In this document: positions 12,876 through 25,806 of the stretch, piece after piece
Numbering within the stretch: position 1 is the stretch's first letter
How the letters are laid out: each line of letters starts with the position of its first letter
Source: Vicugna vicugna
Lineage: Eukaryota
Reading direction: 5' to 3'
Assembly (NCBI GenBank): GCA_013265495.1
Contig: MU058153.1
Coordinates: 684,001 to 748,000, forward strand
DNA: 64,000 bases
Notes under the pieces: generated by a model
Told to the model about the DNA's origin: nothing
The model's database searches: none
What the model saw: only the letters and a program-made list of their open reading frames with translations
Position numbers and translations under genes: made by a program

Positions 12876-14154
12876 TGTTGAGTAATCAAGAGTGAATGAC
12901 CTGAAAGCACACACAACCAGCCGGGACCAGCCTTTTATCGAGGCGAAAATTTGCAGAGACAGAGCAGCAGCAGGTGAGCAGTCTTCTCAATGCCAGCTGC
13001 ACAGGGAACTGGTGAGCGAGACGTCATACTTCAGAGGGGTCCCAGTTATGAGCTGTGGGGGTCATAAGCTTCATGGTTGGGGAAACACCGGTAGCCCTTC
13101 CTCTAGGACGGTTTGGGGCTGATGTTCAAACTTTGTGGTTACTGTTCTGTGATGTAGCAGAATCATAGCTTCCAGCTCTGATTTTCAACCCCAGCGTTTA
13201 TAACTGAGAGCTCATCGGCTCCTCCCTTGTTGTGATCAGAGCCCAGGACCCAAGCCTTGTGTTTAAATTATTGCCCTTCAGCTCTGTTCTATCTCATCAG
13301 TATTCTATCAGTATGTCTGCCTTAAGTACTCAGTTGTAGCCAGTGTCCATGTCTTCTGGGTTTTAATTTCGGAATGATGCTGCTCTTTGAGGGAAGGGAG
13401 ATGACAACTGGTTTTCTGGGATCCTAGCCTCTGGGTATCCAGGTCAAGAAGATCAAGCCTTGCCTATCACTTAGCCATTAAGTGGTGGGACCTTTCTTCA
13501 AGTGCTGCAGCCTGACACCAGAGTCTTCCTGGTCTTTAATGATTTGCAATAAGAACTTGATACAATTATCTGTATGTGCATTTCAAGTAATATCAGAGTT
13601 TATAGTACTTACTTTTCCTGTCATATATATTTTTTCTTGTGTTCCTAGTTGGTCATTTTAAATACTCATGTGTTATTCATCTATTTCTGTCCTTTATAAC
13701 TCCCCATTCTTGTTCTCTCTGCTCTGTTAGAGTGGGAGATTTAATTTGTCTGTGAACCATCTAAAGAGGATGTGTTGTTGAGCATGGCATTGATTGACGT
13801 GTATACCAGGGTGTTTGGGATTGGATGACAGGGAGATCTTAAGAGGTAGGGTTCCTTAGAAGAAATGAGAAATCCAAATTCAGAGTTTGTGATTTCTGTG
13901 CTAAGTATAGGTGTCTTTAGGAGATTTTAAACTAGAACTAGTGATATTAAGAACTTGTCTCTGTGTCAGTTAGATTTTGTGGTTACAGAGTTATTTGTTG
14001 TCTTCAAATCTATTTGTTTATATCACAATGTCTAATTTTACTCTTTCAAATTGCTCCTACTTCAACTTTATACATTCATAAACTTCATAAATATAGAATG
14101 CACTGAACTAAGAGGAAACACTAGTGTAGTAGTGATAACGTCTTTACCGCCAAA

Positions 14155-14280
14155 TACAAGGTCAGAGGTGTGGTCTGTTTCATTGATTGCTATATGTACT
14201 CCGTGCATAGATACTAAAATAGAGCAAAGTTGTTGCTCAGTGAACATTTATTGTTTTAATAAGAAAAGTAATGAATGACT
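14155..14280 (+). mobile_element. L2 3' terminal remnant
   Basis: aggtcagaggtgtggtctgtttcattgattgctatat...gctcagtgaacatttattg...aatgaatga. Confidence 0.65.
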
Positions 14281-14764
14281 CTTTTTCTATGAAAATTAAT
14301 TATTAAATTGTTTGACTTATCTTGGGATAGCAAGGTATTGTTTTAATTGTGTTTATTAATTAAATTAGAGGTGAAAGGAAGGCTTTTCCTTACCCAAAAT
14401 TCTTTGTCTATGAATGTAATAAGAAGGGAAATGTGATTATCATTTCTTACTGTACCACATCCAAATTGTTTGGTTTTCAAAAGGGAAGGGCCAATATATC
14501 CAAAATTGATTTTTTAAATCTTGCCATTGTTAAGTCCTTCCAGGTGTGTATAAGGATACATGTGTGTATGTGTGTATGGGGAGGGGGTTAATGATTTGAA
14601 AAGTATACTCATTTCTGGTAATCATCTATGGGTTTGGATATATAGCTCCCCTCTCAAAAAAAAAAAAGAAAAAATAATATTAAATATGAAGAAACCAGAA
14701 AAATTCCTGCTTGCACGGCCCTCCCTTGCAGACAGTTATTACATATTATTTAAGAGATGAGGCA

Positions 14765-14950
14765 TTGTCTGCTAGTTGTATGTCCTTGAACAAGTTACTT
14801 CATCTTCCTGTGCCTTGTTGTCCCACTGACAGAAAGGGAATAGTAACAGTACTGAGCTCATAATTTTGTTGTGAAGAACCAGCGAATTAGTACATGTAAA
14901 GCATGTGGAACAGTGCTTGGTGCAAAGTAAGCACACAATAAACATTAGCA
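14765..14950 (+). mobile_element. MIR SINE
   Basis: ctagttgtatgtccttgaacaagttacttcatcttcctgtgcct...tacatgtaaagcatgtggaacagtgcttggtgcaaagtaagcacacaataaacattagc. Confidence 0.9.
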
Positions 14951-16059
14951 TGACTTTTACCTTCACATGTTGTTGCAGAAAACATCACCTTACCCACAAC
15001 AACCTATGTAAGTGAGGAATGGGTGACCTCTGATTTTGGCTCCAAAGTTTCATGATCCCTTAGACAGTCTTTAAGACTCCCTTGTTGTCTCTTAATGAAA
15101 ATCTAGGTCAAATCAAACCAAAATGCAAATAGAGGGACCAGGCCTGTTATGTCTCAATGAAACTGTATTTCCTGGAGTCCCCCAGTCCTCCTCGATACGT
15201 CTTCAAACTCTGAGTGTGGCCTGGCTTCCTATGTAGTGTTTTTTTTTTTAAACTGGACTAGCCTGAGACTGACCAGGGTGGTAGATGGGGGAATATTCCA
15301 GCTCTGCATGCAGTCCCAATTCAGCAGAGTTTGGGAGGAGCAGGATGAGGTGAACACCTGATTTTTCTCCCCTGTCAGCATTTCCAGTCTGATATTGTAG
15401 GCAGAATATTAAGCATGGCATGTGATGGTTCTGCTAGGCAACAGAACCATGGCAATGAACAGAAACTCCTTCAGGCCACGAAAAATGAAGCTTTTAAAAA
15501 TGAAAAAAAAAATACGGCTGTACCTTTATATTGAAATACACATACCCAGCCAACTGGATTTCAAGAAGGTGTGTCGAGTTCTTGAGTAGCAGTGGAAGGG
15601 CAGTCTTCTGATTTAGACTTCTGTAAACGTGCCCCACTGCCCTTCTCTCTCTCTTCCTGGCCCTTATCCACTTGACTTTCTTCCCAATGATCTGCTCTCT
15701 GACTTCTTTAGATAACTTGAAAATAGCGATGGTACAGAGGCCAGAGGTCAGAGCTCTTCATCACCACTGAGCTCCAAGTAGCAGCCTTCTTTCCTCATTC
15801 CCAGAGGAATCTCTGTAGTCTTCTTGGAAGTATTTCTGCTGTACAGTCATGTCCACGGAAAAGGATAATGCACAAAGCTTCTCATTAACTACATTTTAAT
15901 GGGCTTTGTTAAAAAGTCAGCTTACCCCAGTCTCAAAGTGAAAGCAAAAACAAAATTTGATTTTACAAATGAAATACACACGTGAAAGTTAAGATGTTTT
16001 TAGTCAAAATAATATGATGAAGACAATGTAGACTCCATCATTGTGATTTAAAGTTTGTA

Positions 16060-16230
16060 AATCCCATGGCTTTTTTGAATAAAAAATGAAAGTCCTCTCT
16101 CCTTACAAAATAAACATACATACAAATAAAATGTATAAAAATTTTTGAAGATACTTCCAAGAGATGTATTTGAGGAACCCTATGCAGGTGTATCACATAG
16201 AAATTACAGATCTCACATTAAAACCCCTGC
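16060..16230. mobile_element. Possible ancient non-autonomous hAT DNA transposon remnant
   Basis: tgaaagtcctctctccttacaaaataaacatacatac...attaaaacccctg resembles small hAT/Charlie elements ending in AACCCCTG; family not assigned. Confidence 0.3.
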
Positions 16231-16489
16231 ATTAACTCACGTTATTGCCAGACCCTTGCGATCGGTCCATGACAAGACCTTACTGTGCAGTGAGTGACTT
16301 ACAGGTGTGCCAAGATCATAGTCCCTTTCTGTCTTCAAAGCAACAAGATGGAGTCAAGGGTAGCTAAAACCTCAGTTTTCCTCTATCGTTGTGAGCTAGC
16401 ATGATAATTTCCCCCAATCAGCCATAGAACTCTTATTCTCTACATAATTTTTAGCATGAAATGGGTTGAACACAGTGCTAAAGAATTGT

Positions 16490-16700
16490 TCATTTATTCT
16501 TTCAGTGGATGTTTATTGAATTCATATTACCTATGAACCAGTGTGCTAGATGTGAGTGGGGTCATAAAGGTGACTAAAGTTTATTTTCTGACCTTGTGGA
16601 AGTCACTGCCTATGAGGGGAGACAGTAATGTTGAAGTATACCGCCATATGCCATATACTGACCTACGGGAACACAGAGGGGAGTCAGCCTAATTTTATTT
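16490..16700 (-). mobile_element. L2 3' remnant
   Basis: catttattctttcagtggatgtttattgaat...ttctgaccttgtggaagtcactgcctatgaggggagacag. Confidence 0.65.
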
Positions 16701-16814
16701 GGAATGAAAACCAGAGTGAGGGCACATCCCATTGAACTTCGCTGGTTAAGTGAAGCTCACCAGAACGAGTATATGTTGTAGTATTGTTTTGGCGACAAAT
16801 AATTTTGTTACAAA

Positions 16815-17090
16815 AATTTTAATGGTTGCATACTATGCCACAATGTGAATAGAACACAGATAACTTAATTGAGCACTTGTTTTTTGTTTTTTGTTTTTTG
16901 TTTTTGTTTTTTTGTCATTAGGCTAGTTCCAATTTTTGGGCAACTGTGAATAGCACTGAGATAAAGATTTGTGTGGGGAAATTATGGTACAGGCCTGTAA
17001 TTCTCTTCTCAGAATAAAGTCCTAGATGTGAAATTACTGGTGCAAAGGACCAGCCCATTTTTAAAACTTAAATACATTTTCTCAAACTAA
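16815..17090 (-). mobile_element. Old L1M (L1ME/L1MC-type) 3' region fragment containing a (TTTTTG)n expansion at 16880-16914
   Basis: tttttaatggttgcatactatgccacaatgtg...ttaggctagttccaattttt...tcctagatgtgaaattactggtgcaaagg. Confidence 0.75.
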
Positions 17091-17092
17091 CA

Positions 17093-17232
17093 TGAAAGAG
17101 TGGGTCTTTGAGGTCAGACCGACTTGAGTTCAAAATGAGTTCAAAACATTATTATTGACCTTGGCCAGTTGCCTGTGCTTCATTACTTAGTTTCTTCCTT
17201 CATGAGGATAATACTTACCTTAACTTGCTGCT
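17093..17232 (+). mobile_element. MIR SINE remnant with an 11-bp tandem duplication (TGAGTTCAAAA x2, 17125-17146)
   Basis: gaaagagtgggtctttgaggtcagaccgacttgagttcaaa...tgaccttggccagttg...aggataatacttacct. Confidence 0.75.
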
Positions 17233-18555
17233 TTAAAAACTGTAGTAGAGTTTAATAAATACTTACTGAATCATTCTTATTTTTTGACAGTAGATCCCAG
17301 ATCATTGCTAACCCCTAGCAATATAATGCAAATGTTCTAAATATTTGAGGCTGGTAACATTAGTTAATTTCTAACAGGAAATGTGCACTGTGTAAATAAC
17401 TGTGTGGTATGGTTACACTCAATTCATTATATGGCCCACATTTCAAAAACCCTGACTCATTGTCCCTGTAATTAATTTTAAAACTGCTGGACTCCAATCT
17501 GAAATTTTCTCCTAAAAACAGGAAAATACCAGAATTGGATGAAGTGACAGTACCCTGGAATAAAATTCTTATTTCCTGTGTCATTTAATCTCTCAGACCC
17601 TCAAAATTATCATCTGAAAAAGGAGCCTAAGCTACACTTTCTTTCTGTGTCAACAAATCAAATGAGTACTATGAATAAAAAAGACAGATAGGTCTCTAAA
17701 TTGTTATTCTGGTATAACCCATGATTCACATTGGTTTTTAAATCTACCGTGAATCTTTTTACTTTCTGCAAAAGAATGGGCATCATGCAAACTGAATATT
17801 TCTCTCATGCTTGTCAGTCTGTTACGAGTTTTTTTCATATTATATTGATGTGGGGCATGGGCTTGAAGGATCTGGATTTATTTTTGAACTCTTGTCAGCA
17901 CTCCATAATTAACGTTGCCCAGAAGAGAAATGCTATTTTGCCTCCTGCATCATCAACACAACTGTCAGCAAATAAGGAAGGCATCGTCTTTACCATTATT
18001 ACTGCTAATGTAAGAAGCAGAGAAGAACACCTGGATGTTCACACCCTGGGCTGTTAGAAGCCCTGGAATTTAGCGAAATCTGTTTGCAATATCTACCTAC
18101 CTCATGTTGCTTTAAGAATGTATTTAAAGGGAAAAATACCATTTTTATCCCAAAGACTATTTTTAAACTCCTAATTTGGGATATTTACAGATATCAACGT
18201 TGTTTATCTCAATGTTATTTTTCCTCCTTGACACAAAAATGCAAAGTTAAACGTTGATTTCCTGGTGGCTGTTTTACCTCTGCTTGTACTACTCTGCGTT
18301 CTCTGTGTCCTAAATTCCCTGTTATGTTTCAGTTTCTCTCTGCTCTCCAATTTTGCTTAAATTTATAATGGCAATGAGTGGAAATAATCTTTTAAAATGA
18401 AGAATCGCAAGGGCGAAATCTTGCTACAGAAAAGGGCAATGCTCTAGCGTAGACATTTGCTCTTTATAAAGGCAGAACAACCTCCACAGTTACAGTGTGC
18501 CAAAATTAGTTAGTCTGTATGGTAATTTTGTTAAATCGGTTTTTTTTTATTGCTG

Positions 18556-19145
18556 CATATATGGTGGGATTGTGAAATCGTGCACCCACTTTGTAAAGCA
18601 GTTTGGCAGTCCCTCAGAAATGTTAAACATAGTTACCATATGATCTAGAAATTCTGCTCGTAGGTGTATACCTAAGGGAGTTAAACATATTTCTACACAA
18701 AAATGTGTACATGAATGCTCATGGCAGCATTATTCATAATAATCTAAAAGTAGAAATAACCCACATGTCTACAACTGATGAATGGGTAAATGAAATATGG
18801 CGCATCATTAAATGGAACATTATTTGGCCACTGAAAAGGAATGAAGTGCTGATACACGCTATAGCATGGGTGAACTGTGAAAACACACGGACAATAAGAA
18901 AAGATAAATACAAAGGGCCACATGTCATATCATTCCTTTTATATGAAGTGTCCAAACTGGGCTGGAGGCGAAGGAGACTGAGGAGTGATTGGAAATGGGC
19001 GTGGCATTATCTTCTGAAGTGATGAAATGTTCTTAAAATTAGATGTCGGTGATCATTGCACAAGTCTGTGAATATGCTTAAAACCACTAAATTATGTACT
19101 TTTAAAGGTGACCTCTTGGTATGTGAATTATATCTCAGAAAATCT
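18556..19145 (+). mobile_element. L1MB-type LINE-1 3' end (end of ORF2 plus 3'UTR), 5'-truncated
   Basis: cactttgtaaagcagtttggcagt...agttaccatatgatctagaaattc...gcagcattattcataat...aaaaggaatgaagtgctgatacacgcta...gtgatgaaatgttcttaaaattaga...ggtatgtgaattatatctca. Confidence 0.9.
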
Positions 19146-20691
19146 CATATAAAAGGTAACATATATTCACTGATAAAAAAGAGAAATTGTGCATGGTGGA
19201 AATAAATGGGGAAATCAGGACTAAACAATTGATCATCACAAGCTTTTCATGTATAATATTTTTCATGAACGTTTCCCTTTTTTTAATGACTTTGGAATGC
19301 CTTTTACCTAAAGGAACCAGAATTTACTTTTAGTATTTCTTTGTTTCAAGTGTAGGTGATTGCCAACTATTCGCTAGTTATTTTTTTCTCTTCTTTTGAG
19401 AACCAGGCAAGGTGTCTGTGGTCACCGACACACGCTTGGTATAGTGGTCAGCCTTCTAGGGCCTGGACATATACTCCAGGAAAGAACTAGCAACTGGCAG
19501 CCTAGTGACCCCAGAGGCTCTCGTTCTCTCACCCGAGTCACTGCTGTCACTGCAGCTCACTTCAGGAACAGACGCAATGACACAGCATATGAAGATGTCC
19601 TTCATATGCTCCTTATTTGGGGGAAAATGTGGATGTGCATTTTTTTTTTTCTCATTGGAAATAGATTTCAAGGCTTCACCTCGCTACACATAGCAGGCAG
19701 GTAATTCACAGACTTGTCATTCACAAACACTGATAGTCTAGGATGGAGAATAGGACAACAGATCAATTGAAAAGCTTCATGTGTCTTCTCACTAATGCAA
19801 GATTTAGTGCATTTAAGGATATTATAACAAGATCAAATCAAATTTACAGCAGAATGAACAAATGTGAATAACAAATGGAGGTCAGGATGTGCTTTCAGAG
19901 CTCCATGTCGCACCAGTTAGATCTGCGGGGAAGGGACTTAATGCAAGTTGATGTGTGATTACTCCAGTTTTAAAAGAATGTAATTCCGTTTACATCTGGT
20001 TTCATTAAGGCTGTTGAGATACCACTTGAGGAATTCAAAGAGAAGAGAAATGTGAGGTGCACATTTGTGAGTGTGTGAGTGTGTGTTTACAGAAGTGTGT
20101 ATCAATCCTGCACTTTGTTATAACGTGTGAATCTATTAACTCTTTAATGTGCAAAGTCTGCTATGATTTCTTCTTGTATAACTGAGAGCTGGCAGCTTTG
20201 CCACGCAAAGAAGTCATGTGATCTCTCCCACTAGACCTTTTCAGTGTGACACATTCACTGTGTGGTTGACAGGATTCCGAGAGTAGACAGAGACTTACGG
20301 GCATGTGACCTGTTTGTTAAACTAAATTAAAATGAATGTGTTAACACTTCATCAGTTTTCATCTCTTCAGCCTCACAGCTGTTTATAAAAGGAAGATGTT
20401 TGTGTGAGAAAAAGTCTACATAATTTTACATAAAATAAACAAACATTATCATAGTACTTGATATGCCACCAAATCATTTCATGGACTAATGAACATGTAT
20501 CTGGTTATAATCTTATGGGAATGTTTATATTGTATAGTTTACAGTTTGTAGAAACTGGGAATCAAAGTGATTTTAACTTTTTAATAATTAAAGTATAGAA
20601 GCAAGAGCTGAAGGAACTAAGAAAATCAAATCAAATCACAATTATGAAGCCCCTATTCTATCACTATTTGAGAAGATTCTAAATGTCAATA

Positions 20692-20830
20692 TATTTAATT
20701 CTTCAGAAATCATAGGAGGTGGACTTTATTATCTCCATTTCACAAAGAAACCTGAAGTTTCCAGGTCACATGCCTAGGTCTCAGCAGATTTTCAATTCAG
20801 TGCAACAGGTTTCAGAGCTTACATTTTTAC
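20692..20830 (-). mobile_element. MIR SINE remnant
   Basis: atttaattcttcagaaatcataggaggtggactttattatctccatttcacaaagaaacctgaag...aggtcacatg. Confidence 0.7.
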
Positions 20831-21289
20831 TTTGGGCAACATACTCTAAATACCATCATGATGCTGGGGAGATAGTCTGCTTTAGCTTTTGTTATGAAAA
20901 TGGAATCATCACTGTCTTGCAGCCCTTGATTAATCTCTTAATGCTGTAGCCACCCTCATGTTTGATTTGCCACATGTGTTTTCAAAAAGGTTACAACTCA
21001 TTATTTGGTCAGGGCACTGGGAAAGCCCAAGATCAAAAGTAATCTTGATTCAAACAAAAACATGCTGTGGAAAGGAAGGCTGGGCTTCCTTCACATACTC
21101 AGTATTGTTCCCAGTGCAGGACCAATTATAACTCTCCCTGATCCTGCACCTGCCACACACACACACATTGTCTATTCTATAAACTGTTTATTACACTTAT
21201 TTAAATCTAAACACTGTATGATGTGACATAACAGAAAACATTCTATATACTATATATATACATCGTATACTTAGAAATGCAAGTGCAAG

Positions 21290-21460
21290 ATAGTAGGCAA
21301 AGTTCTCGAATCAGACAGCTAGGGTTTTAATTCTGATTGCATGACCTTAACATTCCTAAGAAAAATAAGAGTGGTAATAATTGTTTCTACCTTTGTTATT
21401 AGATTAAATGAGATTATATATGCAAAGTTTCAAATAATCCATCAGTGCTATTATTAGCAA
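21290..21460 (+). mobile_element. MIR SINE remnant (degraded)
   Basis: gaatcagacagctagggttttaattctg...tgaccttaa...agattaaatgagattatatatgcaaag. Confidence 0.6.
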
Positions 21461-22295
21461 TAGTCACAAGAAATCAGGTTTGAAGAACCCAAAGTGTCTA
21501 TTCCCATTTATCTTCTCTCTGAAACGCGAAGATCCTAGGTTTTGGAGCAAGAGATTCAGCAGTGTATCCTCACAAAGCCTAAACTGGCTACATTTTACAT
21601 ATCAAAGTGGTGGGACTTGGGGCAATCAAAGGGCATATGAAAATAGCAGAGTAATTTTTAAACTGTGGTTAAGTTCACCATAGAGATGCTGGAAAAGCTC
21701 TGAGCAAACTTCTAGCTATTGGAGGTGATTTTTGAGTTCTGTGAGGATGTTGCTAGTGCCCTAACAGAGAATGAAGACAGCCCTTTTTAGGTCACTCCTG
21801 TTCTGTTGGAATATTAGATTTTTTTGTCATTAATTTTTAGAATCCGCAAACACAACTTGCTGAAAATTGTCAGAAGACATCAAACAAATGTGTTTTGAGT
21901 TGAAGCTGCCCTATGTTTCTCAGCTTTTTCTGAAACTCTGAGCAGTTCAGTTTGGCATTTCAATCTGTCTCCTCTTACATTTATATTGGAAAAAAAGCAA
22001 ACCTGGTAGAAATGTTGATTCCGAGCCTGGAGAATGGTTAAAAGATAAATCTTTTGTTCGCTTTCTTTTTGAGATGTTTCCTTCTTCTCATCTGAAGTGT
22101 GTGGGAAGCCTTGCCTGTCTAATCTTTAGCATTTTGATGAAATTGCCATGAAAAGCTTTTCTGTGTTTTGTGTGAATCTTTATCTTAATTGGAGGTTGAA
22201 AGGAGGTTAAAGGGGGCTGTCTTCCCGGGTGTGTTTAAAGTATACCGCTCCGGCATATTGACGCTGGCCAGCTAAGGCGGTTTCTTCTTAAATTG

Positions 22296-22515
22296 CTTAG
22301 TGGTTAAATGCGTAGCCTCAGAGCGAACCTGCCCGGTTTGAAATTTTGCCTTTGACATTTACTAGTTTAACTTCTCTAAAACTCTGATTACTCATCTGCA
22401 AAATGAAAGTAATAATAGCACGTGCTTCATAGAGTTGTCACGAACAGTAAGTTTGCTACTGCCTAGGGAACACGTAGAACACTGCTGGGTCCATGGCAAG
22501 CATCACTACATGTTC
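22296..22515 (+). mobile_element. MIR SINE
   Basis: tagtggttaaatgcgtagcctcagagcgaacctgcccggtttgaaat...ctcatctgcaaaatgaaagtaataatagcacgtgcttcatagagttgt. Confidence 0.85.
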
Positions 22516-22579
22516 AGGATTCCTGAAGCTTATTTTAAGCTTCTTTTGCCAAACTCACTAAAGACGCACTAAAGTCTGT

Positions 22580-22790
22580 GAGAAAGGAAACTCGCCTCTA
22601 AACCACACTGGTCTGGGTTTGGATTGGGACTCCTTCACGCAGGAGCTGAGTCATTTTAGGCCATGAGCACGAGTAGCCTTTGGTAACTCATCTCTAAAAC
22701 AGCAATGATAAGGTCCCCTTTGTATAGTCCTGTAAAGATTAAATGAGATGAACTTACACTGTCACTGTGAGTTGAAGCCACTGTTATTAC
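22580..22790 (+). mobile_element. MIR SINE remnant (second, tandem copy)
   Basis: ctgggtttggattgggactcc...ctcatctctaaaacagcaatgataagg...tgtaaagattaaatgagatgaa. Confidence 0.7.
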
Positions 22791-22804
22791 CTTGCTTTCA
22801 GGGT

Positions 22805-23440
22805 TGCAGGAGCCTGTAATTGGTCTCACAGCCTCCGTTCTTATCCACTTATAAGCCACTCACCATGCAACAGTCTAAATAATTTAAAATATAAATTAAA
22901 TTATGAGACTGTCCTGCTTAACAAATTTATTGGTTTTCTATCGTTTTGGGAATAAATGCCAGTCTTACCACCATGATGTATGTGTCCTTGCAATGATCTG
23001 TCCTTGCCTGAATTTCTAAGCTTATCTTGAACACTGCCTACTCCCTTGTTTAATGTATTCCAGTCACACTTGCCTTTCCTTATGATCCTAGAACATTCCA
23101 AATTACTTCTACCCCAGGACCTTTGCACATGTTTATGGCCATCAAATTCTGGGCTCTACAAAAAGTTGGTGTTCGTGCATCTCTGCTGAAAGTCACCTCT
23201 TCAAAAAGTCCTTTTTACCATCTACTCTAAAGTAGGCAACCCTCCAGGATGACCTACATCATATTTCATTGCTTTAGTATGTGTTGTCATGCTTTATAAT
23301 TATCTTAGTTATTTATCTCTTTACTTATGTATCTGATGCTTGCAGGCAGAATCTTGTCTGTGTTGGTTGTCATTATATTCATAGTGCCTGGCACATAGTA
23401 ATCCTCAATGTGTATCTTTGGAAGGGAAAGTGAGTGAAAG
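22805..23440 (+). mobile_element. L2 LINE 3' portion
   Basis: gcctgtaattggtctc...tattccagtcacacttgcctttcctt...ccccaggacctttgcacatg...atagtgcctggcacatagtaatcctcaatgtgtatc. Confidence 0.85.
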
Positions 23441-23499
23441 GTAAAAAGAATGACAGCATGAAATGTGCTCGACATATTTGAGCAGGATTAAAGAAAAAA

Positions 23500-23595
23500 T
23501 AATCACATTGTGCACCTTAAATATACATAAGTTTTATTTGTCAAATATTCCACAATAAGCTGGAAAAGTTTAAAAAAAGAAAGAAAAATAATAAA
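23500..23595 (+). mobile_element. Very short L1M 3' terminus with A-rich tail
   Basis: atcacattgtgcaccttaaatatacataagttttatttgtcaaatattccacaataagctggaaaag followed by an A-rich tail. Confidence 0.75.
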
Positions 23596-24514
23596 GACGA
23601 AGATTTATATGGAATAGGCAAGTCTTACTAACAATTAGAGAATGCCGTTCATCAGAATCTGGACTCTGGAATGGACTTCTGGGAAGGAAAAATGGAGTAG
23701 ACCTTTTAAAGCTGAGTCTGAGAGCTGTCTCTCAGGAGGAAATCAGTCTCTCTCTCTCTATCGAAGGGGTGTTGCTTGGCTGTCAATCTCTCGACTTGTC
23801 CATTAGGTAAGCACCAGGCTGGATGAAGGTTAGCCACTGTGCCAGGACTTTGGCACCATGCTACTTCTGCCACAATCACACCACACTTAAGACATTGAGT
23901 GTTCAAAGCAGGATGTGGTACCCAGTTAGGTCTCCACGGGCTTCAGCAGGCTAGTTGGTCAAGTCAGGATTTGGCAGGGCCATCTCTGCTTTATAGTCTC
24001 CATCATTTCCTCTTTTACTGAGCAGCAAAGTGTCTGCATGGATAATCTTATTTCTTTGCAGTCTGCATCATGGCACTTCTATTTCTAGAAGACCAGGATA
24101 ATACTTTCTCTCCAAATCTGTTCTTGAAGACTCTTGTCTCACTGAAATTTCTTTTCCTGTCTCCACCAGCTGGACACTCAAAAAACATTATCTCAAGAGG
24201 ACCTATTTTAGTTTTGCTATCCATCATCTGGAGAAAAAAAATGTGAATATTCTGGTCTAACAATTGTGTGTGGCTGCTTCAGAGAGAGAGAGCATGCCTG
24301 GTGCAATGCCTCCTGTTTCTCACAAATGTCACCTGTGAGTGACTTCTCTGGAAGTCACCCTCCCACAGGCTGCCTGAGGGGGCAGGCATTTGGGGCTGTG
24401 AAGGTAGCGTGTATGCATATATTGTCAGCAATACCAATGCTGATATTCAGTTTTCATGGCTGACCTTATTCTGGGTACCATTCTCACAGCCTCCCATATT
24501 TAGTTCACTTACCC

Positions 24515-24645
24515 TCACATTCACCTGATGAAAAAACTGAGGCACAGAGAGGTCGATGGCAGTGTCCAAGGTGACCCAGGAAGCTGCACAGCGGAGATGG
24601 TAACCAGATGATCTGGCTTCAGGTGGTTTGCTCCTAACCACTGCA
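24515..24645 (-). mobile_element. MIR SINE core
   Basis: tgatgaaaaaactgaggcacagagaggtcgatggcagtgtccaaggtgacccagg...gctcctaaccactgc. Confidence 0.85.
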
Positions 24646-25379
24646 GGCTACACACTTGACGGTGGTAGTCTCACAGCGTCTGTGTTTCTAACCTGGGTCC
24701 GTGGGATGCAGGGTCTGTCACACTTATCAAAAGAAAAGTTTACAACTGTATTTTTAAAATGTTAATCATCTAAGAATAATAGTCTCTGAAAAAAAAATTG
24801 CTTCCTATTTGCTTCCAAGCAAAATTTCAGGCAAATTACAATTCGACATCTAAAGCTGTCCAGTGTTTGAATCCTTGTTACCAAAGCAACTGCCTTTTCC
24901 TCAGCATCTTAGATGACATTTGCGAAACTAAAAGATTTATATTGACTGTATTCTAGAATTCCTGTGGGGTTTTCAGGTATATGGGATCCTCAGAATGGCA
25001 GATACATAGAGTGAACCACCCAGCCTGTCGGTCCGATTGTCTGTCTGTATCTCATTCTCAAGATGACAAGAGCAACGAAAGATAAAACAGTAGAAGGGCT
25101 GAGTTTAAGGACTCCCTGAAGAAAGGAGGCCTTACGTGATGAGTACAGTCCAAGAAACTGATAAAAGTAGTCTATTTTCAAAGCAAGAGTTTCTGATAAC
25201 TTAGAATCAAAGTTATATAATCTCATACCCTTTTGATACGTTATCAGTTATGTGTGCACGTGTGTATATAGTATGAGTCTCTGAGAGGCTCAGTTTATTA
25301 TTAAATAGCCATTTGGGAGGAAATCATCTTTATGCCACAGAGTTTCCATTTCAAAGAATATTGGAGACAACAACATTTC

Positions 25380-25568
25380 TATCCCAATTCTGCTAGTTAC
25401 AAGCTGAAGTCGATTAAGGAAGGCACTGAACCTCAGTGGTCTTGTATCTGAAATGGGAAGAGAAGAGCTCTACTTTAGGGCTCTTTTGAGGATTCATTAA
25501 AAAAATGCATGGAAAGTGCTTTTCAGTGCCAGGCCTGATACATAGAGGACACTCAGCAAATGGCATTT
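25380..25568 (+). mobile_element. MIR SINE remnant
   Basis: atcccaattctgctagttacaagctg...ctgaacctcagt...tttgaggattcatt...tgcatggaaagtgct...acactcagcaaatggc. Confidence 0.75.
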
Positions 25569-25775
25569 AGTAAAAGGGAGTCACTATGCAGATAAAACAA
25601 AATCCTTAGTTTCAGGCTGATGGTTTAACTTGAGAGAGGCCAGCAGAATTAAGTCCCTAATTAACAGGGGAGCTAGTACTCACCCTGTATAGATGGACTA
25701 TGAAGAGATGGTGGGAATTCCAAATAATTCCCTACAGTGCTCCTCACTGGTACTCTGTGTGTCAAACAGAAAGCA

Positions 25776-25803
<28 letters not shown>
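25776..25803. repeat. (AC)14 microsatellite
   Basis: Directly visible. Confidence 0.97.

Positions 25804-25806
<3 letters not shown>

Noticed and set aside
18705..19022. 105-aa ORF
   Set aside because: It lies wholly within a decayed L1MB-type 3' end and is not a gene.
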